Virus record (IMG/VR): IMGVR_UViG_3300027852_000005
Location: 1-63,560 of that record
Length of the DNA: 63,560 nt
Strand: one strand, 5' to 3'
Source of the DNA: a virus
A program made the position numbers and the translations under genes. Positions 33,573 through 41,223 of the stretch are shown here, one piece after another (position 1 is the first letter of the stretch; each line of letters begins with the position of its first letter). The notes under the pieces were generated by a model, which saw nothing but the letters and a program-made list of their open reading frames with translations, had not been told where the DNA came from and ran no database searches.

Positions 33573-34235
33573 GCCGAACGTCATGAGCTCAGCTGGAATT
33601 TTCATCCACTTGGACTTGTTGTCACGCGGAGACAGACACTTGCTGTTCAGATCAGTTACACGCCAGAGCAGGCCAGAATTGAGTTCCAGGAGAACATCGT
33701 CTTTCTCGGCTTGACCTTTCCTGGCGACCACGTGGATCGCATGGGCTTTCTCGCCATCGACCAGTTTCAGCTTCGTGAGTTCGATAGTATGAGGCGTTAC
33801 GATCTCGATGTCTTTCTCATCGAACGGTTCGCACTTTCCACCTTCACCTTTCATTTCCAGGACGAATTGACCCATGGAGTTAACGGTGAGGAATGTGCCG
33901 TAGCGAACAGGGTCTTCGCCAGTTTGATACAGCTTCTGCTTTTCTTGGAATGATGCCATCTCGGGCTCCTTCTCGGGTTGTGGGTCAAAGAACACGAAGT
34001 CATCTGCTTCGCGCCATTTTCTGGCTTCATCGCAGTTAAGGCTGCTGAGATATCTGAAGCTAATATACCAGCCAGCTTTCGGAGAATGCTTCCGTCCAGG
34101 AGATCCCCATTTATGCTTGGCATAATGAGGAAGCTTTTGTCCCTCATCGTAGTAACCGACTTCGACAACCTGTATCGGCGATTTGCCTGTCTTCAGGCGA
34201 ACCTTGTCGCCAGTTTTGAAGGGCGGGTCTGTCAT
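33564..34235 (-). CDS. Hypothetical protein (223 aa)
   Basis: ATG lies behind AGGAGG. It is downstream of promoter P10. Confidence 0.6.
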   Translation of the reverse strand: MTDPPFKTGDKVRLKTGKSPIQVVEVGYYDEGQKLPHYAKHKWGSPGRKHSPKAGWYISFRYLSSLNCDEARKWREADDFVFFDPQPEKEPEMASFQEKQKLYQTGEDPVRYGTFLTVNSMGQFVLEMKGEGGKCEPFDEKDIEIVTPHTIELTKLKLVDGEKAHAIHVVARKGQAEKDDVLLELNSGLLWRVTDLNSKCLSPRDNKSKWMKIPAELMTFGEQ

Positions 34236-34260
34236 GTAGCCTCCTAACTATTGAGCCTTT

Positions 34261-34301
34261 ACAATACAGCACTGAAACCCAAGAGAAAAGTTCTAATTGT
34301 C
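34261..34301 (-). promoter_or_regulatory. Dyad-type promoter P10
   Basis: Sense: GACAATTAGAACTTTTCT-N17-TATTGT. The upstream TAG (34293-95) lies inside the element. Confidence 0.5.
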
Positions 34302-34574
34302 TATCAGAGTACCTTTTAATCCCCCTAGTGGCCTGCCATTATCGGTGAATGGAACGTAGATCTCGATAGTAAGACCATTCGTACTGTCGTAGACTTCAAG
34401 ATCAGGATGATCTTCTGCCCATTTCTCAATCCGCATGTCTTTGATCCAGTCCCAGTTCATGAAGAATGAGTTCCCTTGTGTCTTTTGGAACTCACCCCAT
34501 GTTTCACGCGCTGGTATCGGAGGTTTTCCGCCCATCGCTTTGAGCAGCTTGCTCTTCAGCTCTTCGTGCGTCAT
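34293..34574 (-). CDS. Hypothetical protein (93 aa)
   Basis: ATG lies behind GAGGAG. Confidence 0.55.
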   Translation of the reverse strand: MTHEELKSKLLKAMGGKPPIPARETWGEFQKTQGNSFFMNWDWIKDMRIEKWAEDHPDLEVYDSTNGLTIEIYVPFTDNGRPLGGLKGTLIDN

Positions 34575-34692
34575 CGTTTCTCCTCATCTTAAGGATATTG
34601 CGTCTGATAGAACCCATGTCCTTTCCAAATTGATGTAGAAACACCATCATTTCAAGATGCGTGTCTACTTTCACTCTGCTGTGTTTGACCAT
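34504..34692 (-). CDS. Possible small basic protein (62 aa) overlapping the next gene by 70 nt
   Basis: ORF-track 34504..34752 trimmed to ATG 34692, 7 nt after GGAGG. Confidence 0.4.
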   Translation of the reverse strand: MVKHSRVKVDTHLEMMVFLHQFGKDMGSIRRNILKMRRNDDARRAEEQAAQSDGRKTSDTSA

Positions 34693-34705
34693 CACTGGCC
34701 TCCAT

Positions 34706-35086
34706 TCATTTGTTTCCGAACGTATCTTCCCAAGCCCACACGACATTCGCAACGAGTGACTGGATTGTATATGCCTCGAATTCTATTGAGGGATTATGTT
34801 CGCCAATTCTTTCGATCAGTTCTTGGAACACATGAACACATTCGTGCGCGATGATGCCTGCTCTCATGTACGGAGCCATTCCTTCGCAATTCACGGTTAC
34901 GATACAGACAGGGTCGTTCTTCTTTCCCTTTGGGTAAAAAGTGGCCATCTGTCCAGCCCCTTTGGAGTAGGGTTCATCCTTGATCTTCAGCTTCTTTAGA
35001 AGTCTATGCCACGACTTCTTACTCGGCGCATAATAAGCCTTAATTGGATACGGGCCTAGTTCGAGAGTGTAGTGCCATTTGCTCAT
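34706..35086 (-). CDS. Small HExxH-motif protein (126 aa), putative metallopeptidase-like
   Basis: IIAHECVHVFQELIERIGEHNP. ATGA-coupled to the ligase gene. Confidence 0.45.
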   Translation of the reverse strand: MSKWHYTLELGPYPIKAYYAPSKKSWHRLLKKLKIKDEPYSKGAGQMATFYPKGKKNDPVCIVTVNCEGMAPYMRAGIIAHECVHVFQELIERIGEHNPSIEFEAYTIQSLVANVVWAWEDTFGNK

Positions 35087-36027
35087 GAGAAGAGGTCCAT
35101 CTGTTCTTGATCCATATCGTCGGCGTCTCGGAAGCCCAAGAAGGTAGGAAAGCGAGGCTTGTCCTTGATACCGACAGTGAAATACTTCATCTTTACGATT
35201 TTATCAATATAGTCTTGTCGGCGATCCCAGACTTTTTGCCTGATCTCATCATCTAATCCTGTTCCAACTCTGCACGTGAAAGCAGTTCCGTCTGGGAAGC
35301 TTCCGCTAACGCTAAGAGCGCCGAGCGTGTCTTTGCCGATAAGGTTCTCTTTATGCCCTGAGCGTTCCGTGTGACCGAGATTGTCAATCGTGGCTTCATT
35401 GGCGTTGTGGAGTTGTTCATGGAAGTCGAGGATTTTACACTCTGTGTCAATCCAGCCACCTTCTTTCATTTTGATGCACTCACACTTCACAGGTGAGCCG
35501 CGTCCAAATTTATAGAAGGCATCAGGATCTCGGAGGATGATACCCTCCTGCCCTTGGGCAATCATTTCCTCATGAAACTCGTTCACTTCGTCCATGTTCA
35601 GTAATAACCGAGTTTCTGCTAGTTTTATATTTCCTGGACTTTTCATATTTCTTTGCCAAATACCTTGTTGATACTTAAGATATTCAAATCGCTGCTCAAA
35701 TATATCTGGTTCGTCCCATTTATCAAACACGTAGAATGTGAATGTATCAAGTTTATCGTAACTCATTACGAAGCTGCTGGTTCTCTGGAAGCATCCATCC
35801 GCTGTTGGATCACCGCAGATTATTTCCCCGTCCATACCTTCCAAGAAGTCACTGTTATTTCGAACCCATGATTGAATTTCAGCTGACCGGACTGGTTTCA
35901 GGCTGCGAGTGTAGGCATATCCATCTCGAACAAATACCCTGATCCCGTCGTACTTCAATTGACCCAAGAGAGGAAGCTTCTTTTCGACCTTAATGGGATC
36001 ATATTTCCCAGCGAGCATTGGTTTCAT
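35083..36027 (-). CDS. lig: ATP-dependent DNA ligase (314 aa)
   Basis: Adenylation motif I is KYDGIR in MKPMLAGKYDP...LLGQLKYDGIRVFV. The size is typical of minimal phage ligases. Confidence 0.85.
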   Translation of the reverse strand: MKPMLAGKYDPIKVEKKLPLLGQLKYDGIRVFVRDGYAYTRSLKPVRSAEIQSWVRNNSDFLEGMDGEIICGDPTADGCFQRTSSFVMSYDKLDTFTFYVFDKWDEPDIFEQRFEYLKYQQGIWQRNMKSPGNIKLAETRLLLNMDEVNEFHEEMIAQGQEGIILRDPDAFYKFGRGSPVKCECIKMKEGGWIDTECKILDFHEQLHNANEATIDNLGHTERSGHKENLIGKDTLGALSVSGSFPDGTAFTCRVGTGLDDEIRQKVWDRRQDYIDKIVKMKYFTVGIKDKPRFPTFLGFRDADDMDQEQMDLFS

Positions 36028-36200
36028 TGTTTATCTTCCGCATAGGAACCATCAGTTATTCCCTGCTCTTGTCTTAATCGTTGCTGCCTTGGAGATTTCT
36101 CAAGCCAATTCCAATCACCTTCCTGCAAGGCTATTTTATCATCATACTCTGCCTGTTCTTCGGAAGTTTCATTTCCCCATCCTCTGCCATAGTTAGCCAT
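36024..36200 (-). CDS. Hypothetical protein (58 aa, MANYGRGWGNETSEEQAEYDDK...)
   Basis: Hand-found. ATG lies behind AGGAG, and the stop is ATGA-coupled to the ligase start. It is downstream of promoter P11. Confidence 0.5.
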   Translation of the reverse strand: MANYGRGWGNETSEEQAEYDDKIALQEGDWNWLEKSPRQQRLRQEQGITDGSYAEDKQ

Positions 36201-36228
36201 GTTAAACTCCTAATTATGTTGATACCTT

Positions 36229-36269
36229 AGTATAGCAAAGTAACTGCAAATTGACTAAACCTTTATATC
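36229..36269 (-). promoter_or_regulatory. Dyad-type promoter P11 (degenerate dyad)
   Basis: Sense: GATATAAAGGTTTAGTCA-N17-TATACT. Confidence 0.5.
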
Positions 36270-36270
36270 C

Positions 36271-36380
36271 TACCCCACCGGAGGGCAGCCGTGGCAAGGC
36301 AGGGCATAGGGCGCGGCCTGTGGTGGTGCATGTGGTAGGGCAGGGCGCTAACGCTGCTCCAGCGCGTCCGTAGAGCTCCC
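36271..36380. repeat. G-rich dispersed element copy E4 (intergenic)
   Basis: CTGTGGTGGTGCATGTGGTAGGGCAGGGCGCTA is the core. The 18-mer CCAGCGCGTCCGTAGAGC (36359-76) is identical to 23575-92. Confidence 0.6.
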
Positions 36381-36382
36381 CA

Positions 36383-36694
36383 TTATTCCTCATGGTGGGT
36401 CATATACTCCCATGGGCCATGAAAATAGTCCTTGGTATTGGGAGACAGATCATAAGCTACCTCGCCAATCTCAGAGAAAGGGTCCAATCCAGTTTTCAGG
36501 CCATTCGCTATCATCTGTATCTGTCCAAAGCAAATGTCACCTTGCTCCTCACAGATATATGGATCGTATCCGCCACGGACTCCGTCCTCGGTGTGGTGTT
36601 CTACCACGAAATCGAATATGTCATTGTCGGCGATTTTTAGTTTCTCGCTGTCTCTTAGGTAAGGACAATCAAAACATGGAGATGCGCAAGCCAT
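36383..36694 (-). CDS. Cys-rich hypothetical protein (103 aa)
   Basis: TAATG-coupled to the primase-helicase gene. It contains the exact 16-mer TGTCGGCGATTTTTAG (36625-40), which is also present in repeat unit R3. Confidence 0.6.
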   Translation of the reverse strand: MACASPCFDCPYLRDSEKLKIADNDIFDFVVEHHTEDGVRGGYDPYICEEQGDICFGQIQMIANGLKTGLDPFSEIGEVAYDLSPNTKDYFHGPWEYMTHHEE

Positions 36695-39159
36695 TAGAAC
36701 GGAACCTTTATATCGCCGAGTTCGAGTTCAACTGGACTTGGCCATTCTCGATCACCGTAGACTTTGTCCCAACTGGCTCGGCATTGTTCCAGAGTTCCAA
36801 GGTCATAGTGATACATTCGCTTCTTGGTGCGATATGGTTGGTTAGTCTCGTTATCATATTCCTCAACTGTAACACGCTTTTGCATTTTGTTGATATGAGG
36901 AACAACTCTGTTTAGGAAACGGCCCAAGAGGGTAGCGTTGCCTCTCCGAGCAAATTTCCACTTATCTGCATACGATGTATAGTCCTGCTCCAGAGCGTCT
37001 GTTGGGACATCACGTATCCAGTCATCATGGTTCTGCAAAATGCGGCCATCCCATAGCTTGTGATACCACCATTCCTCTTCAACGCCCATGGACATAAGCT
37101 TCTGTTCTTGCAGAGCATCAGTTTGTGGTACGTTGCGAACTTCAAACTCACTTATATCCACGTTCTGAAGGTGATAGAGCAATGCTTCATATCCACCATT
37201 GTCCATTTGCTTGGTCAATGATTTAAAGAAGGTTGCGTCTTGCTTACGGTTTTCACCCATATCTAGAACAAAATAACGCCTTTCATCTCCAGTTGCCCTA
37301 ATGACATGCGGGTCGTTTGAGGCCATGATGAGGTGAACATAGTTGGGATAAGGTTCGGTGTCAATACCTTTGGCTTCAATCGGTATACTGTCCTCAGTGA
37401 TGAGCATTTTAAGCACTGACTCATGACGTTTATCTCCCGCAAAGAATGCCTCATCGGCAAACAGGCTGATAACATCTCTAAGGTGAGCGTTGAAGTTTCC
37501 GACAAGGTGGGATGGGTTGGCGACGTGAAGGTGATGTCTACCAAAGAGACGTCCGAAAGTTCTCGCAAAATAGCCTTTACCAGTACCTTTTCCACCTCTG
37601 AGGACAATGGCAACTTCACCTGGACTTGCTGGTGTTTGTACGACACGCGCCATCCATTGGATGAGATAATCATAGTGTTCTTGGACCCCACTGCACACAT
37701 TTTCTCTTAGGTGTTCGAGATATATGGAGCAGTCTCCGGGTATAGGTTCCACGTTAAATCCACGCCAGAGATTGTAGACTCCTGGCTGATCGCCCTGCGG
37801 CATGAATTTCATGGTATCGTATTGACGACGCATTCGGTGGTTAATCCAGTATTTACCCAAGGAAACATGCACTGGATCATTTTTGTCGGTCGTACCGATT
37901 TGGATCTGGATATTGCTGTAGCGGTTGCGGATATCTTCGAAGCTGGACATCGTGATCCGGCTCCTGTGTAGAACGTCATCCTCGATCTCCTCAATGACGC
38001 GACACTTCCCTCCGATATTGCCGATAATGGCATGGCGGTCGTTCATCTTGGTAAGGTGCGGGTCCTCACTGTATTCCTTGGCTCGCTTGATCTGGCGGAT
38101 TGCATATTTCTCAGCGCCACCTTTCAGTTCACAGACACTGCTGGCGATCCCCCATTCAGGGTCGGTCAAGATAGCGAATATGACACCGTCGGGGACATTG
38201 CAGCGAGCCAGCGCACAAACACAATCGAACAGCCAAGCTGACCGAGAATTGTCACCTCCCTTGGGTTGGTCAGGATGCTGCCCTTGGGCAATAATAACCT
38301 TGACTCTATCAGGGACGTCCCACACGTCCAGTTCGCTGAGGTCTTGGATGCGCTCTATATTACCGGGAATATCGACTTTAATGCCGTACTCGCCACCATC
38401 GTGGCGTCCAGGAGCGGAGGTCTGTACCGCTTGGGCTTTCTTGAATTGATCAATGCTGTAGACGTTCTTGGTGTCAAATTCAAGGAGGCGGGATAATTCC
38501 TTTGTGCGACCCTTTTTCAGCTTCTTGGCGTCAGGAACGTTGACTGTCCCAGGAAGGCGCATGATGCGGTCGACGTTGTGGCAATGATCGCCTCCGAACA
38601 CCTGCTCTAGCCGCTTGTTATAAAGTTCGAACTCAGACCACGCTGCTTCGGTCCCATCAATCTTGAAGGGCTTGTCCAGTTTCCAGAAGGCTTGATACCC
38701 ACCGCCTGAGAATAGGATAACTGTCGGCTTCTCGATGCCTTTTGGAAGGCGGTCGGTCAATACGCTGAGAACTCGTTCCCGTTCCATTTTCAGGAAACCT
38801 TGAATATCCTCCTCGTCTGCCGAAGCCTCTTCTGGATCAACGTCAACGTGCAGCCAATGGGCTTCGAACATATCTTCTTTGTTTGGCTTCTTGACTTTAT
38901 CTGATTTCAGAAAAGCGAGGTTCGGCTGGTTCACGGTAAAGTAGATGTTCCGTTCGCCGTTGTATCTGTCCAACCATTTAAGACAGGCATCTACAGACTT
39001 TGGTCCGAATGGCTTGGTGTCGATAGCTTTGCGGTCGGTTTGAATTGAAGTAAGAAGCCACGGCCCTTTCGGGTAAAACTTCATTAAGAAATCAATTGCT
39101 CTTTGGCTTTCACCGTTCATTCCAGAATGCCTCCAGTTTCCCTGACGGCACTTTGCCAT
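36694..39159 (-). CDS. Primase-polymerase / SF3 helicase fusion (821 aa; ATG 39120 is an alternative start)
   Basis: Walker A is VLRGGKGTGKGYFARTF, with a downstream ...VHLIMASND... Walker B-like segment. The N-terminal ~300 aa is AEP/prim-pol-like (..HVDVDPEE.., ..RLPGTVN..). Confidence 0.75.
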   Translation of the reverse strand: MAKCRQGNWRHSGMNGESQRAIDFLMKFYPKGPWLLTSIQTDRKAIDTKPFGPKSVDACLKWLDRYNGERNIYFTVNQPNLAFLKSDKVKKPNKEDMFEAHWLHVDVDPEEASADEEDIQGFLKMERERVLSVLTDRLPKGIEKPTVILFSGGGYQAFWKLDKPFKIDGTEAAWSEFELYNKRLEQVFGGDHCHNVDRIMRLPGTVNVPDAKKLKKGRTKELSRLLEFDTKNVYSIDQFKKAQAVQTSAPGRHDGGEYGIKVDIPGNIERIQDLSELDVWDVPDRVKVIIAQGQHPDQPKGGDNSRSAWLFDCVCALARCNVPDGVIFAILTDPEWGIASSVCELKGGAEKYAIRQIKRAKEYSEDPHLTKMNDRHAIIGNIGGKCRVIEEIEDDVLHRSRITMSSFEDIRNRYSNIQIQIGTTDKNDPVHVSLGKYWINHRMRRQYDTMKFMPQGDQPGVYNLWRGFNVEPIPGDCSIYLEHLRENVCSGVQEHYDYLIQWMARVVQTPASPGEVAIVLRGGKGTGKGYFARTFGRLFGRHHLHVANPSHLVGNFNAHLRDVISLFADEAFFAGDKRHESVLKMLITEDSIPIEAKGIDTEPYPNYVHLIMASNDPHVIRATGDERRYFVLDMGENRKQDATFFKSLTKQMDNGGYEALLYHLQNVDISEFEVRNVPQTDALQEQKLMSMGVEEEWWYHKLWDGRILQNHDDWIRDVPTDALEQDYTSYADKWKFARRGNATLLGRFLNRVVPHINKMQKRVTVEEYDNETNQPYRTKKRMYHYDLGTLEQCRASWDKVYGDREWPSPVELELGDIKVPF

Positions 39160-39499
39160 TTTCCATCAGATTGTACCAGTAGCGGGTGATCCCCATCAAA
39201 TCAGCGCAGGATTGCTGCGTCCAACCTGAACGGCGTCTCCAGATAAGGCATTGCTCCGCTCCTGTGAGCGGTTCTATTGATATGTTGCACTTGGCAGTCC
39301 CTTCGGTTTCCATCTCACTGTAGCGTCGGCGCTTAACGCCAGACAGAGCGGCCATCTGTTTTTGGCTGAACCCCATACGGCGGCGATAGATCAGGCTGCG
39401 TTCTCCTTCAGATAAGTCAAGAGTTTCTCCACTTGTAGGCCGTTCGGGAAATACAGTACCGCGTTCGCGATCATCTCCGGCCTCGTCATGTTGTCCCAT
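39110..39499 (-). CDS. Tandem-HTH (XRE-like) DNA-binding protein (start uncertain; ~129 aa from ATG 39499)
   Basis: There are two repeats: LIYRRRMGFSQKQMAALSGVKRRRYSEMETEG and LIWRRRSGWTQQSCADLMGITRYWYNLMENGK. It overlaps the 3' end of 39391..39813 in another frame. Confidence 0.5.
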   Translation of the reverse strand: MGQHDEAGDDRERGTVFPERPTSGETLDLSEGERSLIYRRRMGFSQKQMAALSGVKRRRYSEMETEGTAKCNISIEPLTGAEQCLIWRRRSGWTQQSCADLMGITRYWYNLMENGKVPSGKLEAFWNER

Positions 39500-39813
39500 A
39501 GGTTGTTTTCCTTGATGTGCTTTCCGGACCAAAAGAACCACGACTTGCTGACCTGAGCGCATACCAGCGCCAGACCTCCGCGTCTCTCCCGACGGTATAG
39601 CCATACTTGCTGCTCTTTGGAAAGAGGGTGTGTGAACTTCACTGGCTTGGTGTCTGCTGTCTTGGGCCAGTATCTCATCCATTTGCATTCTATCACACCG
39701 CCAATAAAAAAGACGTCCGGAATACCAAGTCCAGTCGAAGGGCTCTCAATACTCACTGCATCCAGTGGCTTGAGTTTCTTTACGAGGTTGGAACGGCTTG
39801 ATGCTTCGGACAT
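39391..39813 (-). CDS. VRR-NUC-like nuclease (140 aa)
   Basis: Trimmed to ATG 39813 (MSEASSRSNLVKK...). The motif GIPDVFFIGGVIECKW...LSKEQQVWL fits the PD-(D/E)xK VRR-NUC pattern. Confidence 0.5.
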   Translation of the reverse strand: MSEASSRSNLVKKLKPLDAVSIESPSTGLGIPDVFFIGGVIECKWMRYWPKTADTKPVKFTHPLSKEQQVWLYRRERRGGLALVCAQVSKSWFFWSGKHIKENNLWDNMTRPEMIANAVLYFPNGLQVEKLLTYLKENAA

Positions 39814-39826
39814 TTCATGAACCCTT

Positions 39827-39867
39827 ATACTAGTGGCGTGACAGGCAATTGACAAGTTCTACTTATC
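39827..39867 (-). promoter_or_regulatory. Dyad-type promoter P12
   Basis: Sense: GATAAGTAGAACTTGTCA-N17-TAGTAT. The dCMP deaminase TAA (39863-65) lies inside the element. Confidence 0.6.
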
Positions 39868-40315
39868 GGGGAATTTCAACTAATTCCACTCCCGCTTCTT
39901 CGAACATTGACTTGGAGATTTCAATCTGTTCTGCCCACCTTTGGGCATAATCGCTGCTAAGACACTGAGACACAACTCGCTTGATACCATGCTGGATAAT
40001 CAATCCACAACAGGTGCAGCAAGGGAACTCGGTGGTATAGAGGGTGGCACTCTCGAACCCAAGAAGAGGGCGTTCTCGCTGCATCATCCGCGCTCCAGCG
40101 ACCAGAGCGTCAGCTTCGGCATGGATCACACGTGGATACTTTTGGGTACGATCCTCCCACCGCTCGTCGCTGTCTACCACACCTTCTGGAAACTGGTTCC
40201 AGCCGATAGAGAACACCTTTCCCTCCAGAGTGATAACCGCCCCCACTTTCGTGGAGGGGTCAGGACTGAACGTACTGGCGTGGACAGCTTGCGACATGAA
40301 TTCTTGATGGTTCAT
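39863..40315 (-). CDS. dCMP deaminase (150 aa)
   Basis: Zinc motifs HAEADAL and PCCTCCGLIIQHGIKRV. Confidence 0.85.
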   Translation of the reverse strand: MNHQEFMSQAVHASTFSPDPSTKVGAVITLEGKVFSIGWNQFPEGVVDSDERWEDRTQKYPRVIHAEADALVAGARMMQRERPLLGFESATLYTTEFPCCTCCGLIIQHGIKRVVSQCLSSDYAQRWAEQIEISKSMFEEAGVELVEIPR

Positions 40316-40851
40316 CGCTTTTCCACCTTGTCGATCATCATGTACGACTTATAGACGCAGCGGACTTGATGCTTACAGTCGTCCAGAGAATAGTGGTAGA
40401 TACCCTGACGAGGAATGGTCTTGGTGTTCAGACCAGCCGCATCATAGATCGTACGGGTATCGCGGGTTTTGTAGAATTGCCACGGCGGTTTGACACCGAC
40501 AAATTTGCAGGTCGCTTCCCATAGAACACTGTCGAAGTTCGCGCCTTGAGACCAAACAAACTGGAGACGGTTCGCTTTCCAGAAATTGTTAAAGCCATTG
40601 ACCACGGTTTTCAGATCAGCTTGGTTCGGTTCAAGAACGTCCTTGGCTTCCTGACCTTGGCGTTCCCACCATTTGACCGTGTCTGGGTCTTTGAAGGCAC
40701 CAGCGGCAATCTGATCTTCTTCAGTGATGTTTTTGTAGAACTCTTCGCCCAAGGAGGGAGTTCGCGGATCAAAGGCGACCGCACCGATGGAGCGGATGAC
40801 GCAGCCTGCGCCAGTGCCAAAAGTCTCCAAGTCTAACATACAGTGTTTCAA
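40312..40851 (-). CDS. DnaQ-fold 3'-5' exonuclease (Rv2179c-like, 179 aa; TTG start)
   Basis: MLDLETFGT...IRSIGAVAFD...DTVKWW...GANFDSVLW...TRDTRT...HYSLDDCKHQ. Confidence 0.75.
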   Translation of the reverse strand: MKHCMLDLETFGTGAGCVIRSIGAVAFDPRTPSLGEEFYKNITEEDQIAAGAFKDPDTVKWWERQGQEAKDVLEPNQADLKTVVNGFNNFWKANRLQFVWSQGANFDSVLWEATCKFVGVKPPWQFYKTRDTRTIYDAAGLNTKTIPRQGIYHYSLDDCKHQVRCVYKSYMMIDKVEKR

Positions 40852-40852
40852 G

Positions 40853-41152
40853 TTATGTTCCTTCTACATGCTGATGGGAACCGTCTGAGGCAATAGTCCA
40901 TGCGCGCTTCCGGTTAATGACGAGTTTCTTGGCAACCTCTTCCATGAGGTCGAAGCCGTTCTTCTCGCAAATTTGAATGAGGAAGAAAGCCACGTCAGCG
41001 CATTCTTCGCCGATATCTTTCTTGCTCATGCTGTTGGAAATGGTGGAAACCAGTTCGGCCATCTCTTTGTTGCCTCGAATGGCGATTTTGAGTTCAGGAA
41101 TTTCACCGAACTCCCCTTCTGCCCAATCGAGGACTTCTTTCTGTAAACTCAT
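40853..41152 (-). CDS. MazG-like nucleotide pyrophosphohydrolase (99 aa)
   Basis: ...NKEMAELVS...IGEECADVAFFLIQICEKNGFDLMEEVAKKLVINRKR. Confidence 0.75.
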   Translation of the reverse strand: MSLQKEVLDWAEGEFGEIPELKIAIRGNKEMAELVSTISNSMSKKDIGEECADVAFFLIQICEKNGFDLMEEVAKKLVINRKRAWTIASDGSHQHVEGT

Positions 41153-41223
41153 AGCTTTCCCTTTTTGACTACTAATTCAGATCTAACATGACGCGAGCGC
41201 CGCAAAATTTTAGGATATTCTGA

